Source: Candidatus Latescibacterota bacterium (GTDB lineage Bacteria; Latescibacterota; UBA2968). Taken from it: a DNA stretch of 64,000 bases. The DNA is taken from assembly GCA_965116885.1 (NCBI GenBank), contig OZ220741.1, positions 1,600,001 through 1,664,000 on the forward strand, read 5' to 3'. This document shows positions 1 through 9,175 of the stretch, in pieces. How positions within the stretch are numbered: position 1 is the first letter of the stretch; each line of letters starts with the position of its first letter. The position numbers and the translations under genes are program-made. Under the pieces are notes generated by a model. It searched no databases. It was not told where the DNA came from and saw nothing but the letters and a program-made list of their open reading frames with translations.

Positions 1-816
1 GAAAAGGCGCGGGAGTTGGTGGAATCCCATGGTATGAAGTTGAATAATATTTTTATGCCGTGCTGGGAGGAGATTGCGCTGGCAATGGAGGATCGAGATG
101 AGAAGATCGGTTTCTGGTGTCAGATGCTGGAGTCGCTGGGTAGGGCGGGGATTCCGTGTTTGGGCTGGAATTTCAAGCCGATGGGGAATTTTCGGACGCC
201 TTCCGATACGGGTCGCGGTGGGGTGAGATATAGTACGTTTGATTATGACTATTTTAGTCAGAATCGTCCAGAGCAATTCGATCCGCCTGTTTCCGAGGAG
301 ACGATGTGGGCAAATATGGAGGCTTTTTTGCAGGCGGTGATTCCCGTTTCAGAAAAGGCGGGGGTGCGTATGGCGCTGCATCCGGATGATCCGCCGATTC
401 CAGAGCCTCTGGGCGGTATTGCACAGATTTGTTCTTCGCTGGAGCAGTTCAGGCGCACGCTTTTTGAGATTGCGCCGGGCGCGCACAATGGGATGTTATT
501 TTGCCAGGGGTGTATGACGGAGTTGCTGGGTGAGGGTGTTTATGATGCGATTGCCGAGATGGCTTCGAATAATAAAATTGTGTGGGTGCATTTCCGCAAT
601 GTACGGGGCCAGTTGCCGCGGTTTGCGGAAGTTTTTATGGATGAAGGCGATATCGATATGAAGCGCGCGATGGCGGTTTATCGCGATAATGGGTTCAATG
701 GGCCGTATATGATGGACCATACGCCGAGTTTTGCCCATTCTGCATATACGCGATTGCACGGGAAGGCGTATGCGATTGGGTATATTCGCGCGTTGATCGA
801 TGATGTTTATGGGTGA
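1..816 (+). CDS. uxuA: Mannonate dehydratase family protein (5' truncated by window edge)
   Basis: Motifs MALHPDDPP, FCQGC, HFRNVRG, F.DEGD.DM, DHTP and AYAIGYIRAL; frame is open to position 1. Confidence 0.85.
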   Translation, partial: EKARELVESHGMKLNNIFMPCWEEIALAMEDRDEKIGFWCQMLESLGRAGIPCLGWNFKPMGNFRTPSDTGRGGVRYSTFDYDYFSQNRPEQFDPPVSEETMWANMEAFLQAVIPVSEKAGVRMALHPDDPPIPEPLGGIAQICSSLEQFRRTLFEIAPGAHNGMLFCQGCMTELLGEGVYDAIAEMASNNKIVWVHFRNVRGQLPRFAEVFMDEGDIDMKRAMAVYRDNGFNGPYMMDHTPSFAHSAYTRLHGKAYAIGYIRALIDDVYG

Positions 817-848
817 CTGCGGGCGATTTTTTGATCAAAGGATGATCT

Positions 849-3125
849 ATGTTTGGATTTTTGAAGCGGTATATGCACTGGTTGCACACGCGGTGGCCTT
901 CGGGCACGGTGGAGAAGTTGCCCGAGATGAATGAGGATGGGTCAACGGCGGTGCCCGGGCTTTATATTGTGGGGGATTTGACGGGGATTCCGCTGTTGAA
1001 GTTTTCGTCGGATACGGGGGCGCGGGCAGTGCAGACGATTGCGGATGATGCGGGGTTTGAGAGGCGGACGAATAGGGATGGGGTGCGCGATCTGGTGATT
1101 ATCGGTGGGGGGGTGTCGGGTATGGCGGCGGGTATTGAGGCGAGAAATCGGGGATTGGATTTTGTGCTGTTGGAGGCGTCAGAGCGGTTTTCTACGGTGG
1201 TGAATTTTCCGAAGGCGAAGCCGATTTACACGTATCCGACGGATATGGTTCCGGCAGGTGATTTGCAGTTTTCAGATCGGGCAGATGTGAAGGAGCGGTT
1301 GTTGGATGAGTTGGAGGAGCGGACCGCGGATATCGAGCCGGTGTTTGCGCGGGCGGAGTGCGTGCAGCGGGAGGGGGATGTGTTGCGGGTGGTGATTCCC
1401 GAGGGTGAGGATTTGCTGGCGCACCGGGTGATTGTGGCGATTGGGCGGTCGGGCAATTTTAGAAAGTTAAATGTGCGGGGCGAAGATCTGGATAAGGTGA
1501 TGAACCGGTTGCACGATCCCAAGGATTATGCGGATCAGGATGTGCTGGTGGTGGGTGGTGGTGATAGTGCGCTGGAGACGGCGATTGCAATTGCCGAGTC
1601 TGGTGGGCGGGTGACGCTGTCGTATCGGCGCGCGGAATTGAGCCGTCCCAAGCCCGAGAATGTGGAGAAGATTGAGGTGCTTTCTGGTGGGGAACACTTG
1701 CGAATGGCGCTGGCGAGTGAGGTGAAGGCGATTGGTGAGGATGAGGTGGTGCTTTCGACGGGTGAGGGTGATGAGGCAATGCCCAATGATGCGGTGTTTT
1801 CCATGATTGGGCGCGAGGCGCCGCTGGATTTTTTCAGGCGTTCAGGTGTGCCGATTAGAGGGGAATGGCGCGTGGGTACGTGGGTGTCTTTTGCGCTGGT
1901 TATGCTGGCGTGTGTGTTTGTGTATCACTGGAAGACGGGTGCGGGGATTCCGATTTACGAGTGGTTTAAGGGGGCAGAGCTGTTTCCGTTTAATTTGACG
2001 CCTGCAGAGGATAAGTCGGGTCTTTTCGGGACGGTGTGGACGTCGATGACGCAGCCGGGTTTTTATTATTCGCTGGCTTATTGTGCGTGTGTGGTGGGGT
2101 TTGGGATTCGCAGGATTAATCGACGGCAGACGCCTTATGTGACGGTGCAGACGGTGACGCTGATGGTTATTCAGTGTGTGCCCCTGTTTTTGTTGCCGTA
2201 CATTTTTTTGCCGTGGCTGGGGCACAATGGGTGGTTTTCCGATGGTGCTTTTTTAAAGCCTGTGGCGGATGCGTTGTTCCCGGCGACAGAGTGGGACGCT
2301 CACGGGCGGGAGTACTGGCGGAGTTTGGGTTTTATTCTGGCGTGGCCACTGTTTTTCTGGAATGTGTTTACGAGCCAGCCGCTGGGGTGGTGGTTGGGTA
2401 TCAGTCTGGTGCAGACTTTTGTGGTGATTCCTCTGATTATCTGGCGCTGGGGCAAGGGGGCTTATTGCGGGTGGATTTGTTCGTGCGGGGCACTGGCAGA
2501 GACGATGGGGGATATGCACCGGCAGAAGATGCCACACGGTCCTGTTTGGAATCGGATGAATATGGTGGGGCAGGTGATTTTGGTTCTGGCTTTTGTGCTT
2601 TTGGCGTTGCGGATTGCGGGCTGGTTGTTGCCTTATGATCACTGGGTGAATGCGGGATATATGGGTCTGTTTATGGGGAAGGATGTGAATTGGGGCGGTC
2701 TGATATTTCCGCTGACGTTTTTGAATTATCAGTGGTTTGTGGATTTGTTTTTGGCGGGTATTATTGGGGTGGGTTTTTACTGGCATTTTAGCGGGCGGAT
2801 GTGGTGCAGGTTTGCGTGCCCCCTCGCTGCGCTGATGCATGTCTATGCGCGGTTTTCGCGGTTTCGGATTTTTGCAGATAAGAAGAAGTGTATTTCGTGT
2901 AGTGTGTGTACGTCGGTGTGCCATCAGGGTATCGATGTGATGAATTTTGCGAATAAGGGTTTGCCTATGGAGGATCCGGAGTGCGTGCGGTGTTCGGCCT
3001 GTGTGCAGAGTTGTCCGACGGGTGTGTTGTCGTTTGGGCAGATCGATCCTGCGACGGGTGGAGTCGCCAGGATAGATGGACTGGCGGCGTCGCGAGTGGT
3101 GATGGCAGAGGAGGGGGAAGTGTGA
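849..3125 (+). CDS. FAD/NAD(P)-dependent oxidoreductase (TrxB/YpdA-like) fused to a membrane 4Fe-4S (NapH/MauN-like) ferredoxin domain
   Basis: GGGVSG and GGGDSA Rossmann motifs; multiple TM helices; CGWICSCG and WCRFACP; CISCSVCTSVC and CVRCSACVQSCP cluster motifs. Confidence 0.8.
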   Translation: MFGFLKRYMHWLHTRWPSGTVEKLPEMNEDGSTAVPGLYIVGDLTGIPLLKFSSDTGARAVQTIADDAGFERRTNRDGVRDLVIIGGGVSGMAAGIEARNRGLDFVLLEASERFSTVVNFPKAKPIYTYPTDMVPAGDLQFSDRADVKERLLDELEERTADIEPVFARAECVQREGDVLRVVIPEGEDLLAHRVIVAIGRSGNFRKLNVRGEDLDKVMNRLHDPKDYADQDVLVVGGGDSALETAIAIAESGGRVTLSYRRAELSRPKPENVEKIEVLSGGEHLRMALASEVKAIGEDEVVLSTGEGDEAMPNDAVFSMIGREAPLDFFRRSGVPIRGEWRVGTWVSFALVMLACVFVYHWKTGAGIPIYEWFKGAELFPFNLTPAEDKSGLFGTVWTSMTQPGFYYSLAYCACVVGFGIRRINRRQTPYVTVQTVTLMVIQCVPLFLLPYIFLPWLGHNGWFSDGAFLKPVADALFPATEWDAHGREYWRSLGFILAWPLFFWNVFTSQPLGWWLGISLVQTFVVIPLIIWRWGKGAYCGWICSCGALAETMGDMHRQKMPHGPVWNRMNMVGQVILVLAFVLLALRIAGWLLPYDHWVNAGYMGLFMGKDVNWGGLIFPLTFLNYQWFVDLFLAGIIGVGFYWHFSGRMWCRFACPLAALMHVYARFSRFRIFADKKKCISCSVCTSVCHQGIDVMNFANKGLPMEDPECVRCSACVQSCPTGVLSFGQIDPATGGVARIDGLAASRVVMAEEGEV

Positions 3126-3130
3126 AATAC

Positions 3131-3158
3131 GTAGGGGCGGTGCCCCCGTGCCCGCCCG
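3131..3158 (+). repeat. GTAG-type REP palindrome
   Basis: GTAGGGGCGGTGCCCCCGTGCCCGCCCG; relatives at 34045, 40983 and 41019. Confidence 0.7.
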
Positions 3159-3235
3159 TTTGTTATTTTGGTTAATATAGAGCCGGGGTTAATTTTAACA
3201 GGACTCTGTAGAGAGTTCAATTACAGGAGGGTATA

Positions 3236-3904
3236 ATGTTGAGCGTCATACGTTTGTTGTGTTTGGGGCTGGTGTCATCGCTTGTGATGGCGGATACGGG
3301 TTTTGCCGAGAAGTACCAGATTGATCGATCGCATTCGTCGGTCGGGTTTTCGATTCGGCACTTTGTGAGCCGCACGGCGGGCAGATTTAATCAGTTTAGT
3401 GGCACGATTGATTACGATCCTGCCGCGCCCGAGAAGATGATGATTGAAACGACGATTCAGGCGCGGAGTATTGATACGGGGAATGAGCGCCGCGATGGTC
3501 ATTTGCGCGGTGCAGATTTCTTTGAGGTGGAGACTTATCCGACGATTGCGTTTAAGAGTACGTCGGCTGTGAAGGAAGGGGAAAAAATTCTGGTGACGGG
3601 CGATTTGACGATGCACGGCGTGACGAAGAGTATTACGATGCCGGTGACGGTGCTCGGCATTGGTACGCATCCGCAGCGCGGCACACCTCTGGCTGGTTTT
3701 GAGACCGAATTGACGCTGTTGTGTTCGGATTTTGGCGTGAATAGCTGGGCGAATTTTGCCAATGTGCTGGGGGATGAGGTGCGCGTGAATATCACGATTG
3801 AAGCGGGTCCGCCGAGACAGGCTCGGGGTCAGCAGGGTCGTCGCGGTGGCGGCCGTGGTGGTGAAGGTGGTCGTGGTGGTGGCCGCGGCGGTGGCGGGAA
3901 TTGA
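3236..3904 (+). CDS. YceI-family periplasmic lipid/polyisoprenoid-binding protein with Gly/Arg-rich tail
   Basis: Signal peptide; YQIDRSHSSVGFSIRH, SIDTGNERRDGHLR, GDLTMHGVTK. Confidence 0.9.
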   Translation: MLSVIRLLCLGLVSSLVMADTGFAEKYQIDRSHSSVGFSIRHFVSRTAGRFNQFSGTIDYDPAAPEKMMIETTIQARSIDTGNERRDGHLRGADFFEVETYPTIAFKSTSAVKEGEKILVTGDLTMHGVTKSITMPVTVLGIGTHPQRGTPLAGFETELTLLCSDFGVNSWANFANVLGDEVRVNITIEAGPPRQARGQQGRRGGGRGGEGGRGGGRGGGGN

Positions 3905-3923
3905 GTTGCGTAGATTAAAAATT

Positions 3924-3959
3924 AAAAAAATCCCATCCTGTATTCAGGGTGGGATTTTT
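3924..3959. terminator. Bidirectional intrinsic terminator (copy 1 of a direct repeat)
   Basis: AAAAAAATCCCATCCTG-TATT-CAGGGTGGGATTTTT between convergent genes. Confidence 0.8.
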
Positions 3960-3992
3960 GTTTTGATTTCTCCATAGATGAGGTGCTAACGA

Positions 3993-4637
3993 TCATTGGG
4001 TGATGGTCAGGATCCAGTCGCGGATCAGGTCCAGGACTTCCGGCGAGATGGTTTCTTCGATTACACCGTACTCGCCAATTAGTCCTGTTTTTGCATGTTG
4101 AAACAGGTGGTTGAGGCCCGGTAGGCGGTGAATTGTGACGTTGCTGTTGTTCTCCAGCGCCGCGGCAATGGCGACGAGGTTTTGCCCGGCATCGACCTGG
4201 GTGTCCAATTCGCCGTTTAATGCGAGTACGGGAACGGAAATTTTTTCGAGTGCAGGGCGAGGGTCGTAAGCGAGCAAGTAGCGCATTCCAGGACTGATCG
4301 CTTGTTCAACCGCCATTCTCACCCGGGTTTCGTCCTGTTGTGCGCGGGGAACACCGTTGGTCTCGAATTGATGTCGTACGACTTCCTCGACCTTCTGACG
4401 CAATTCGGCTATGGCGTTGTCGGCAAAATCTGATGCTGTGGGGGGGTGCGGATGCGCTGTGGATCCACCGACGCCGGGGTCGTCAACCCGGAGTACGGCG
4501 ATGCCGGCTCGTGTCAGATGGTCGGCGATTATCAGGAAGGGTTTGTGACCGAATATTTCGCTGTCGCGGTTCTGCGGTCCGCTGCCCGAGATGAGTAATA
4601 CTGCTGGAAAGGGGCCTGTGCCCGAGGGGATGGTCAA
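3993..4637 (-). pseudogene. Alpha/beta hydrolase remnant (N-truncated, in-frame internal deletion removing the GxSxG nucleophile)
   Basis: Retains PAVLLISGSGPQNRD, LRVDDPGVGGS, ALNGELDTQV and GLNHLFQ but has no GHSEG segment. Confidence 0.7.
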
Positions 4638-4647
4638 TTCGAATCCA

Positions 4648-5625
4648 TCACCGCGTTGGGCTACTCAACATGATGCTGGTTCTGTCGTCTTTCCATCTAA
4701 GGCCTAATCGTGTATCTTCGGCCTGCTTCCAAGTGATATAGTTAGACGGATCCCTGCTATATGGCCTACCTGCTCCATACTTCAGATTGAATTCATCTTT
4801 GAACATCTGAAAGGCTTTTTTGTCTGGATCTTCTGCGATGCGATATGAGGCCCTACGCAACCTGTACGTGCCCACCTCATCTCGATAGAACGTATAAGAA
4901 AGATCAATATTCAAACCAGATAATGTGCCTGCATATCTCAAAGCCTTGTATTGGAAGTAGGAATCCGTCATTGTGCCTCTGCGTCCTGGAAGCAGTTTCC
5001 AATCTTCCGCTTTTTTTAATTCTTCCACTGTCATGCCCCAATGTACATTGTGCATTTGGAGCTTTTCTGTACCAGCAAAATTGGCGATGAGTTCGGTCGG
5101 TTTTGGCAATTCGGGAAGCTCTATTTCGACTTTTTCTCCCTTGATGGCCTTTTCAAGCATGCCAGATGAGAGTTCTGTTGGATGGAACGACGCGGCGATT
5201 ATGCCCTTTTGGTCGATCACAAATGTCCGTGGGATGCTCCTGATACCATAAGCTTTGAAGACTGACCGATCCGTGTCCAGTCCAATCCACGATTTCATTT
5301 CTTTCTTTTTTAGAAATGGTGCAACCACGTCTTCACCTTCATGGGTTACGGAAATAAATTGCACCGGCTTATCGCGAAATTCTTCGTTTAACTGGTTCAG
5401 ATGTGGGATTGCTGCCACACAGGGAGCGCACCATGTTGCCCAAAATTCCAGGACGACAACGTTGCCCTGTAATGCCGATAGACTTTTTTCACCTTCTGGT
5501 GCTTGTAGAAATTTTTCAATTCCCAATTCCGGCGCAGCCTGTCCAATCAGGCTCTCCTGCGCTATGACACTTGTAGCAAATATCTGAACAATGATTGCGA
5601 TTTTTAGTAGATGAGAGCGATACAT
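4648..5625 (-). CDS. Exported TlpA/redoxin-family disulfide reductase with C-terminal extra domain
   Basis: EFWATWCAPC CxxC motif; signal peptide; AAGGAG RBS before ATG at 5625. Confidence 0.85.
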   Translation of the reverse strand: MYRSHLLKIAIIVQIFATSVIAQESLIGQAAPELGIEKFLQAPEGEKSLSALQGNVVVLEFWATWCAPCVAAIPHLNQLNEEFRDKPVQFISVTHEGEDVVAPFLKKKEMKSWIGLDTDRSVFKAYGIRSIPRTFVIDQKGIIAASFHPTELSSGMLEKAIKGEKVEIELPELPKPTELIANFAGTEKLQMHNVHWGMTVEELKKAEDWKLLPGRRGTMTDSYFQYKALRYAGTLSGLNIDLSYTFYRDEVGTYRLRRASYRIAEDPDKKAFQMFKDEFNLKYGAGRPYSRDPSNYITWKQAEDTRLGLRWKDDRTSIMLSSPTR

Positions 5626-5739
5626 GGGGAGTCTCCTTTTCAAAATTTTGGGGAATAACACACACTCAACACTCACCAGTTCCAAAAAAATATAGGGAAT
5701 TAGATACTAAAAAGCGATAGGCTATTTGCTGGTAGAAAT

Positions 5740-5776
5740 AAAAAAATCCCATCCTGAGTTCAGGGTGGGATTTTTT
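5740..5776. terminator. Intrinsic terminator (copy 2 of the 3924 direct repeat)
   Basis: AAAAAAATCCCATCCTG-AGTT-CAGGGTGGGATTTTTT. Confidence 0.8.
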
Positions 5777-5799
5777 CCTTTGTCTCACAATCTTGTGTC

Positions 5800-7269
5800 T
5801 CACATCTCAGTGATTGTAACTCTTTTTTTGAATGTGTCGAGGTCAATTTTTTGGCTGGCGTAGGCGTCAATGTCGCGTTTGGCAACGCGGAAGAGGATGC
5901 GGTTGCGGTCAGGATGTTTACTAATCCCAGATGTTTTGTCTTTGTTAGTGTAGAAGATTTTGAAGTTGCTACCGCCGATGAGGTTGGTGTGAACGATGAT
6001 GGATTCCTCGGGTGATAAGCCGCGCAGGGTGGGACCATAGTCGGCGAGGGTTTCTATGATCGCGGTTTTGAATGCGTCGAGTCCGTCGCCTTGATCGGAT
6101 TCTTGTTTGTACCAATCGTTCCCAAATAGATTACCCTTTTGTGAGACGAGAAAGAGTGCGCCTATGTCTTTTTGGTAGAAGCCTATGCTTTTGGTGTCAC
6201 TCAAAAAGTGAAGATCCGTATTCTTTTTGAGAACATTGGACAAAATATCGGCCATGATGTCGATTGTTTTGTCGCGTGGGGGCTGCGGTTCATGCTCGCG
6301 AAAGGTGATTCGATCATAGAAGGTTTGTTCGTCAATTTTGCCACGGTTGTATGCTTCAATGTCGCGTTTGGTGACCGTGGCTTGAAAGAAGGTGCCATTG
6401 GAATTGGTAATTTTGAACATTATGTTTTTGGAAATTTCCTCCATCTGTGTTTTCATTCTCTCTATCTGTTTTTCGAACATTACGTTTTTAGAGATTTCTT
6501 CTATTTGTGTTTTGATTTTCTCCATTAATTTTTTGTGGGTTTCGTACGTTTTCTTCAAAGTTGCTATTTGTTTTTTAGAATTTTCCTCCATCAGTTTTTT
6601 CTGAATTTCCTCCATCTTTTTTTGGTGAGTTTCGTACGTTTTTTTTAAAGCCTCCATTTGTTTGTTAGAGTGTGAAAAACTAAAACTGTGGAAGTCGCGT
6701 TCTGCTGATTGCAAGAGAATGGTTACGCGATCATCATCTTTGAGTTGTCCAATAGCATTCCCATAAATGCTTAAAAATTCAGTGAGTTGTTTTTTTATGG
6801 CTTCATTTTGACTTTGAGAGGTATCTGGTCGTTTTTCGACCATAAAAAATTCAAAGATTTCTTCCTCTTCATTTTCACTGCTTTTGTCGTCTCTATTCTT
6901 CTGTATATGAAGAACTTCAGACTCGTCTAAAAAGTCCCATCGACTCTTAGCATTGTTTCTACTCTTCTGTATTTGCCAAACATCCTTGTCGGATATAGCA
7001 ATGTCAACATTTTCGGCACCAGTCGCATGCACTCGGACCTCGTATTTGTGGATCCCGCCGCTGGCGATGAGCAAGACGCCGTGATTTTTGATGTAAAGAC
7101 CGGTTGTGGAAACTTTTTTTTCGTCAAAAAATTGGTCGAGTATGCTTTCCTGAATGGAGAGGTCGCGTTTCATGCGTTTCCAGTCCATGTCGGCGAGGGC
7201 CGAAGTGCAAAAGGCAAAGAGAGCTATTCCCGTAAAGAGGAGGGTTTGCGCGGTTTTTATATGTCTCAT
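5800..7269 (-). CDS. Exported hypothetical protein with duplicated domain and coiled-coil insert
   Basis: Signal peptide; AAGGAG RBS; two copies of YG..(L)..V.KRDI.AY...KID..TF..R. Confidence 0.75.
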   Translation of the reverse strand: MRHIKTAQTLLFTGIALFAFCTSALADMDWKRMKRDLSIQESILDQFFDEKKVSTTGLYIKNHGVLLIASGGIHKYEVRVHATGAENVDIAISDKDVWQIQKSRNNAKSRWDFLDESEVLHIQKNRDDKSSENEEEEIFEFFMVEKRPDTSQSQNEAIKKQLTEFLSIYGNAIGQLKDDDRVTILLQSAERDFHSFSFSHSNKQMEALKKTYETHQKKMEEIQKKLMEENSKKQIATLKKTYETHKKLMEKIKTQIEEISKNVMFEKQIERMKTQMEEISKNIMFKITNSNGTFFQATVTKRDIEAYNRGKIDEQTFYDRITFREHEPQPPRDKTIDIMADILSNVLKKNTDLHFLSDTKSIGFYQKDIGALFLVSQKGNLFGNDWYKQESDQGDGLDAFKTAIIETLADYGPTLRGLSPEESIIVHTNLIGGSNFKIFYTNKDKTSGISKHPDRNRILFRVAKRDIDAYASQKIDLDTFKKRVTITEM

Positions 7270-7283
7270 TTTGATTTCTCCTT

Positions 7284-7640
7284 TTAGCGTTGTACAGGCG
7301 TGGGATGGGGCGAGATAAATATAGTATTTATATTCTCATTGGGTCTTAAAAGCAGGTCGCTTGTGGTGTAGATGGCTTTGTCAGCCGGGCGGAGAAGCAG
7401 GTCGCGGGCGTTGGGGTTATGGCGTTCTGAGATAAGAATTCTCACGCGCACGGAATCAGAGATTATTTTGGCTATGGAATCGAGTTGTGTGATATGGGGC
7501 ACTGATATTGTATCGGGTTGCGCGATCTTTATCCGTGTGTCCGATGATAGCGTTTTGTCAGATGCGTGAATATTCCAGACGAGGAATAGCAAGATCGGTG
7601 CTGTCATCAGTGCTGTGAGTTTTCCGATTTCGCGCTTCAT
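7284..7640 (-). CDS. Small exported or membrane-anchored hypothetical protein
   Basis: ATGA overlap with upstream anti-sigma gene; N-terminal hydrophobic helix; DLLLRP occurs twice. Confidence 0.6.
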   Translation of the reverse strand: MKREIGKLTALMTAPILLFLVWNIHASDKTLSSDTRIKIAQPDTISVPHITQLDSIAKIISDSVRVRILISERHNPNARDLLLRPADKAIYTTSDLLLRPNENINTIFISPHPTPVQR

Positions 7641-8392
7641 GGGGTTTTTCCTCTTGTGGGTATCGTGCGGTATGGTCCGTTTTGCACAGGTATCTCGTGA
7701 ACTTCAACTGCGTTGTCATAGAGGATGTTTTTAACAGGAGCTATCTGTCGCAAGATGTGGTCGTAGCGGGTTTCCTGTGTGTTGTAGAGGATCTGTAGCC
7801 CGCGGTCAATGCGCAGGAGGTCCTGTTGGCGCTGGGTTTCGAGTTCGCTTACGAGGCGGATGAATGTGTTGTTGATTTCATCGCGTTGCTGGTTTTGCGC
7901 TGCGTGGACGAGGCGATTGGTGTAGTCAATCATGTTTTGTTGGTGGATGATAAATTCGCCGAGGGTGATGGGGGCGTTTAATGTGGAGACTTCAGAGGTG
8001 TCGGTGATGGCGGTTTGTTCAGGCTGGTCGCTGGATCGCAGGCTAATAGAGGTGTGGAATGCGCCGTCTCGTATGGCAAATTCGATGTTGAGAAAGGTGA
8101 AGATGAGGATTGCGGCGATGGCTACGCCTGCAGTTGCCCAGGTTTTGGGGTATCGCGTGGGGAGCAGGTTTTGCCAGAGGGGTTGGCGTTCTTGTACGAA
8201 GACGAGGTCCAGGTTGGGTTTTTCGTCGCCCCAGGCATTGAGGATGCGGGATGTGCTGCCCAGTTTTTCAAGGGTTTGGCTGCATGATGGGCAGGTTTCG
8301 ATGTGTACTTTGAGGCGTTCACGCGCTTCTGGACGGATGTCTTCGTCGTAGAGATAGGCGATGAGTTGTTCGCGGGTGATGTCACAGTTCAT
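7637..8392 (-). CDS. Zinc-finger (zf-HC2) transmembrane anti-sigma factor
   Basis: MNC...HIETCPSC ZAS motif, one TM helix; overlaps the sigma factor stop. Confidence 0.85.
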   Translation of the reverse strand: MNCDITREQLIAYLYDEDIRPEARERLKVHIETCPSCSQTLEKLGSTSRILNAWGDEKPNLDLVFVQERQPLWQNLLPTRYPKTWATAGVAIAAILIFTFLNIEFAIRDGAFHTSISLRSSDQPEQTAITDTSEVSTLNAPITLGEFIIHQQNMIDYTNRLVHAAQNQQRDEINNTFIRLVSELETQRQQDLLRIDRGLQILYNTQETRYDHILRQIAPVKNILYDNAVEVHEIPVQNGPYRTIPTRGKTP

Positions 8393-8942
8393 AACGCACC
8401 ATGTCCTCGCTGATGTGCCAGCGGTCAAAAATTTTTTTGAGGGCAGAGAGGCCGTAATACATTCTGGATTTGACCGTGTTGATGGGCACTTTGAGTGTTT
8501 CGGCAATTTCGGTGAATTTTAGTCCCTGATATTCTTTCATGATGATGACGACGCGCTGTTCTTCGGGCAAGTTTTGCAGTGCGCGGTTGAGGAGATCCCG
8601 AACGCTTTGTTCGTGAACTATCGCGTCTGGGGGGTTTGTTGTGTCTGCAATAGGGGTGTCGAGTGTGTCGAGGGAGACGAGGCTGCGACGGCGGCCAGCG
8701 TCCCGGCAGGCGTTGAGCGCGATTTGATAGATCCACGAGGTAAATTTGTCGGGGTCGCGCAGGCGCCGCATGTTTTTGTACGCGCGGATAAAGGTTTGCT
8801 GGCACAGGTCGCGTGCGTCGTCTCGATTGCCCACATAGCGCAGGACGAAGTTGTAGATCGGACACTCCCAGCGTTTGACCAGGGTGTTAAAGGCCGCGAT
8901 TTGCCCGGCTCGGAACTGGGCAATCAATTCCGCATCATTCAT
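8382..8942 (-). CDS. ECF RNA polymerase sigma-70 factor
   Basis: Region 2 (DARDLCQQTFIRAY, FTSWIYQIALN) and region 4 (FTEIAETLKVPINTVKSR). Confidence 0.95.
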   Translation of the reverse strand: MNDAELIAQFRAGQIAAFNTLVKRWECPIYNFVLRYVGNRDDARDLCQQTFIRAYKNMRRLRDPDKFTSWIYQIALNACRDAGRRRSLVSLDTLDTPIADTTNPPDAIVHEQSVRDLLNRALQNLPEEQRVVIIMKEYQGLKFTEIAETLKVPINTVKSRMYYGLSALKKIFDRWHISEDMVRYEL

Positions 8943-8987
8943 TAAATGAGAGACCGTGTTGGAGGTTCTGTGTGGTATTCATCTTTC

Positions 8988-9016
8988 AAGACGTTTGGTT
9001 AAGGGAAAAAGTTTTA
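8988..9016 (-). promoter_or_regulatory. Putative ECF autoregulatory promoter TAAAAC-N17-CGTCTT
   Basis: AAC/CGTC bipartite motif ~45 bp upstream of the ECF gene, resembling SigW/SigM-type promoters. Confidence 0.55.
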
Positions 9017-9073
9017 ATGGTTGTTAAAATTTTTCATATTTTAAAGAAAAGTGTGTCATTGCGTTGAGGTGTT

Positions 9074-9129
9074 GTAGGGGTGGCTCCCGTCATCGCGGCA
9101 TGGTGTTGAGCCGCGATCCAGAAGGTTTT
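9074..9129 (+). repeat. Composite palindromic element (partial GTAG REP + GTCATCGCGGC..GCCGCGATCCAGAAGGTTTT)
   Basis: Near-identical copy at 12158-12198; inverted partial copy at 40963-40979. Confidence 0.7.
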
Positions 9130-9175
9130 GTTTGTCATTACACTAGCAATCCAGAAAGTTTCACAGAGGTATTAT

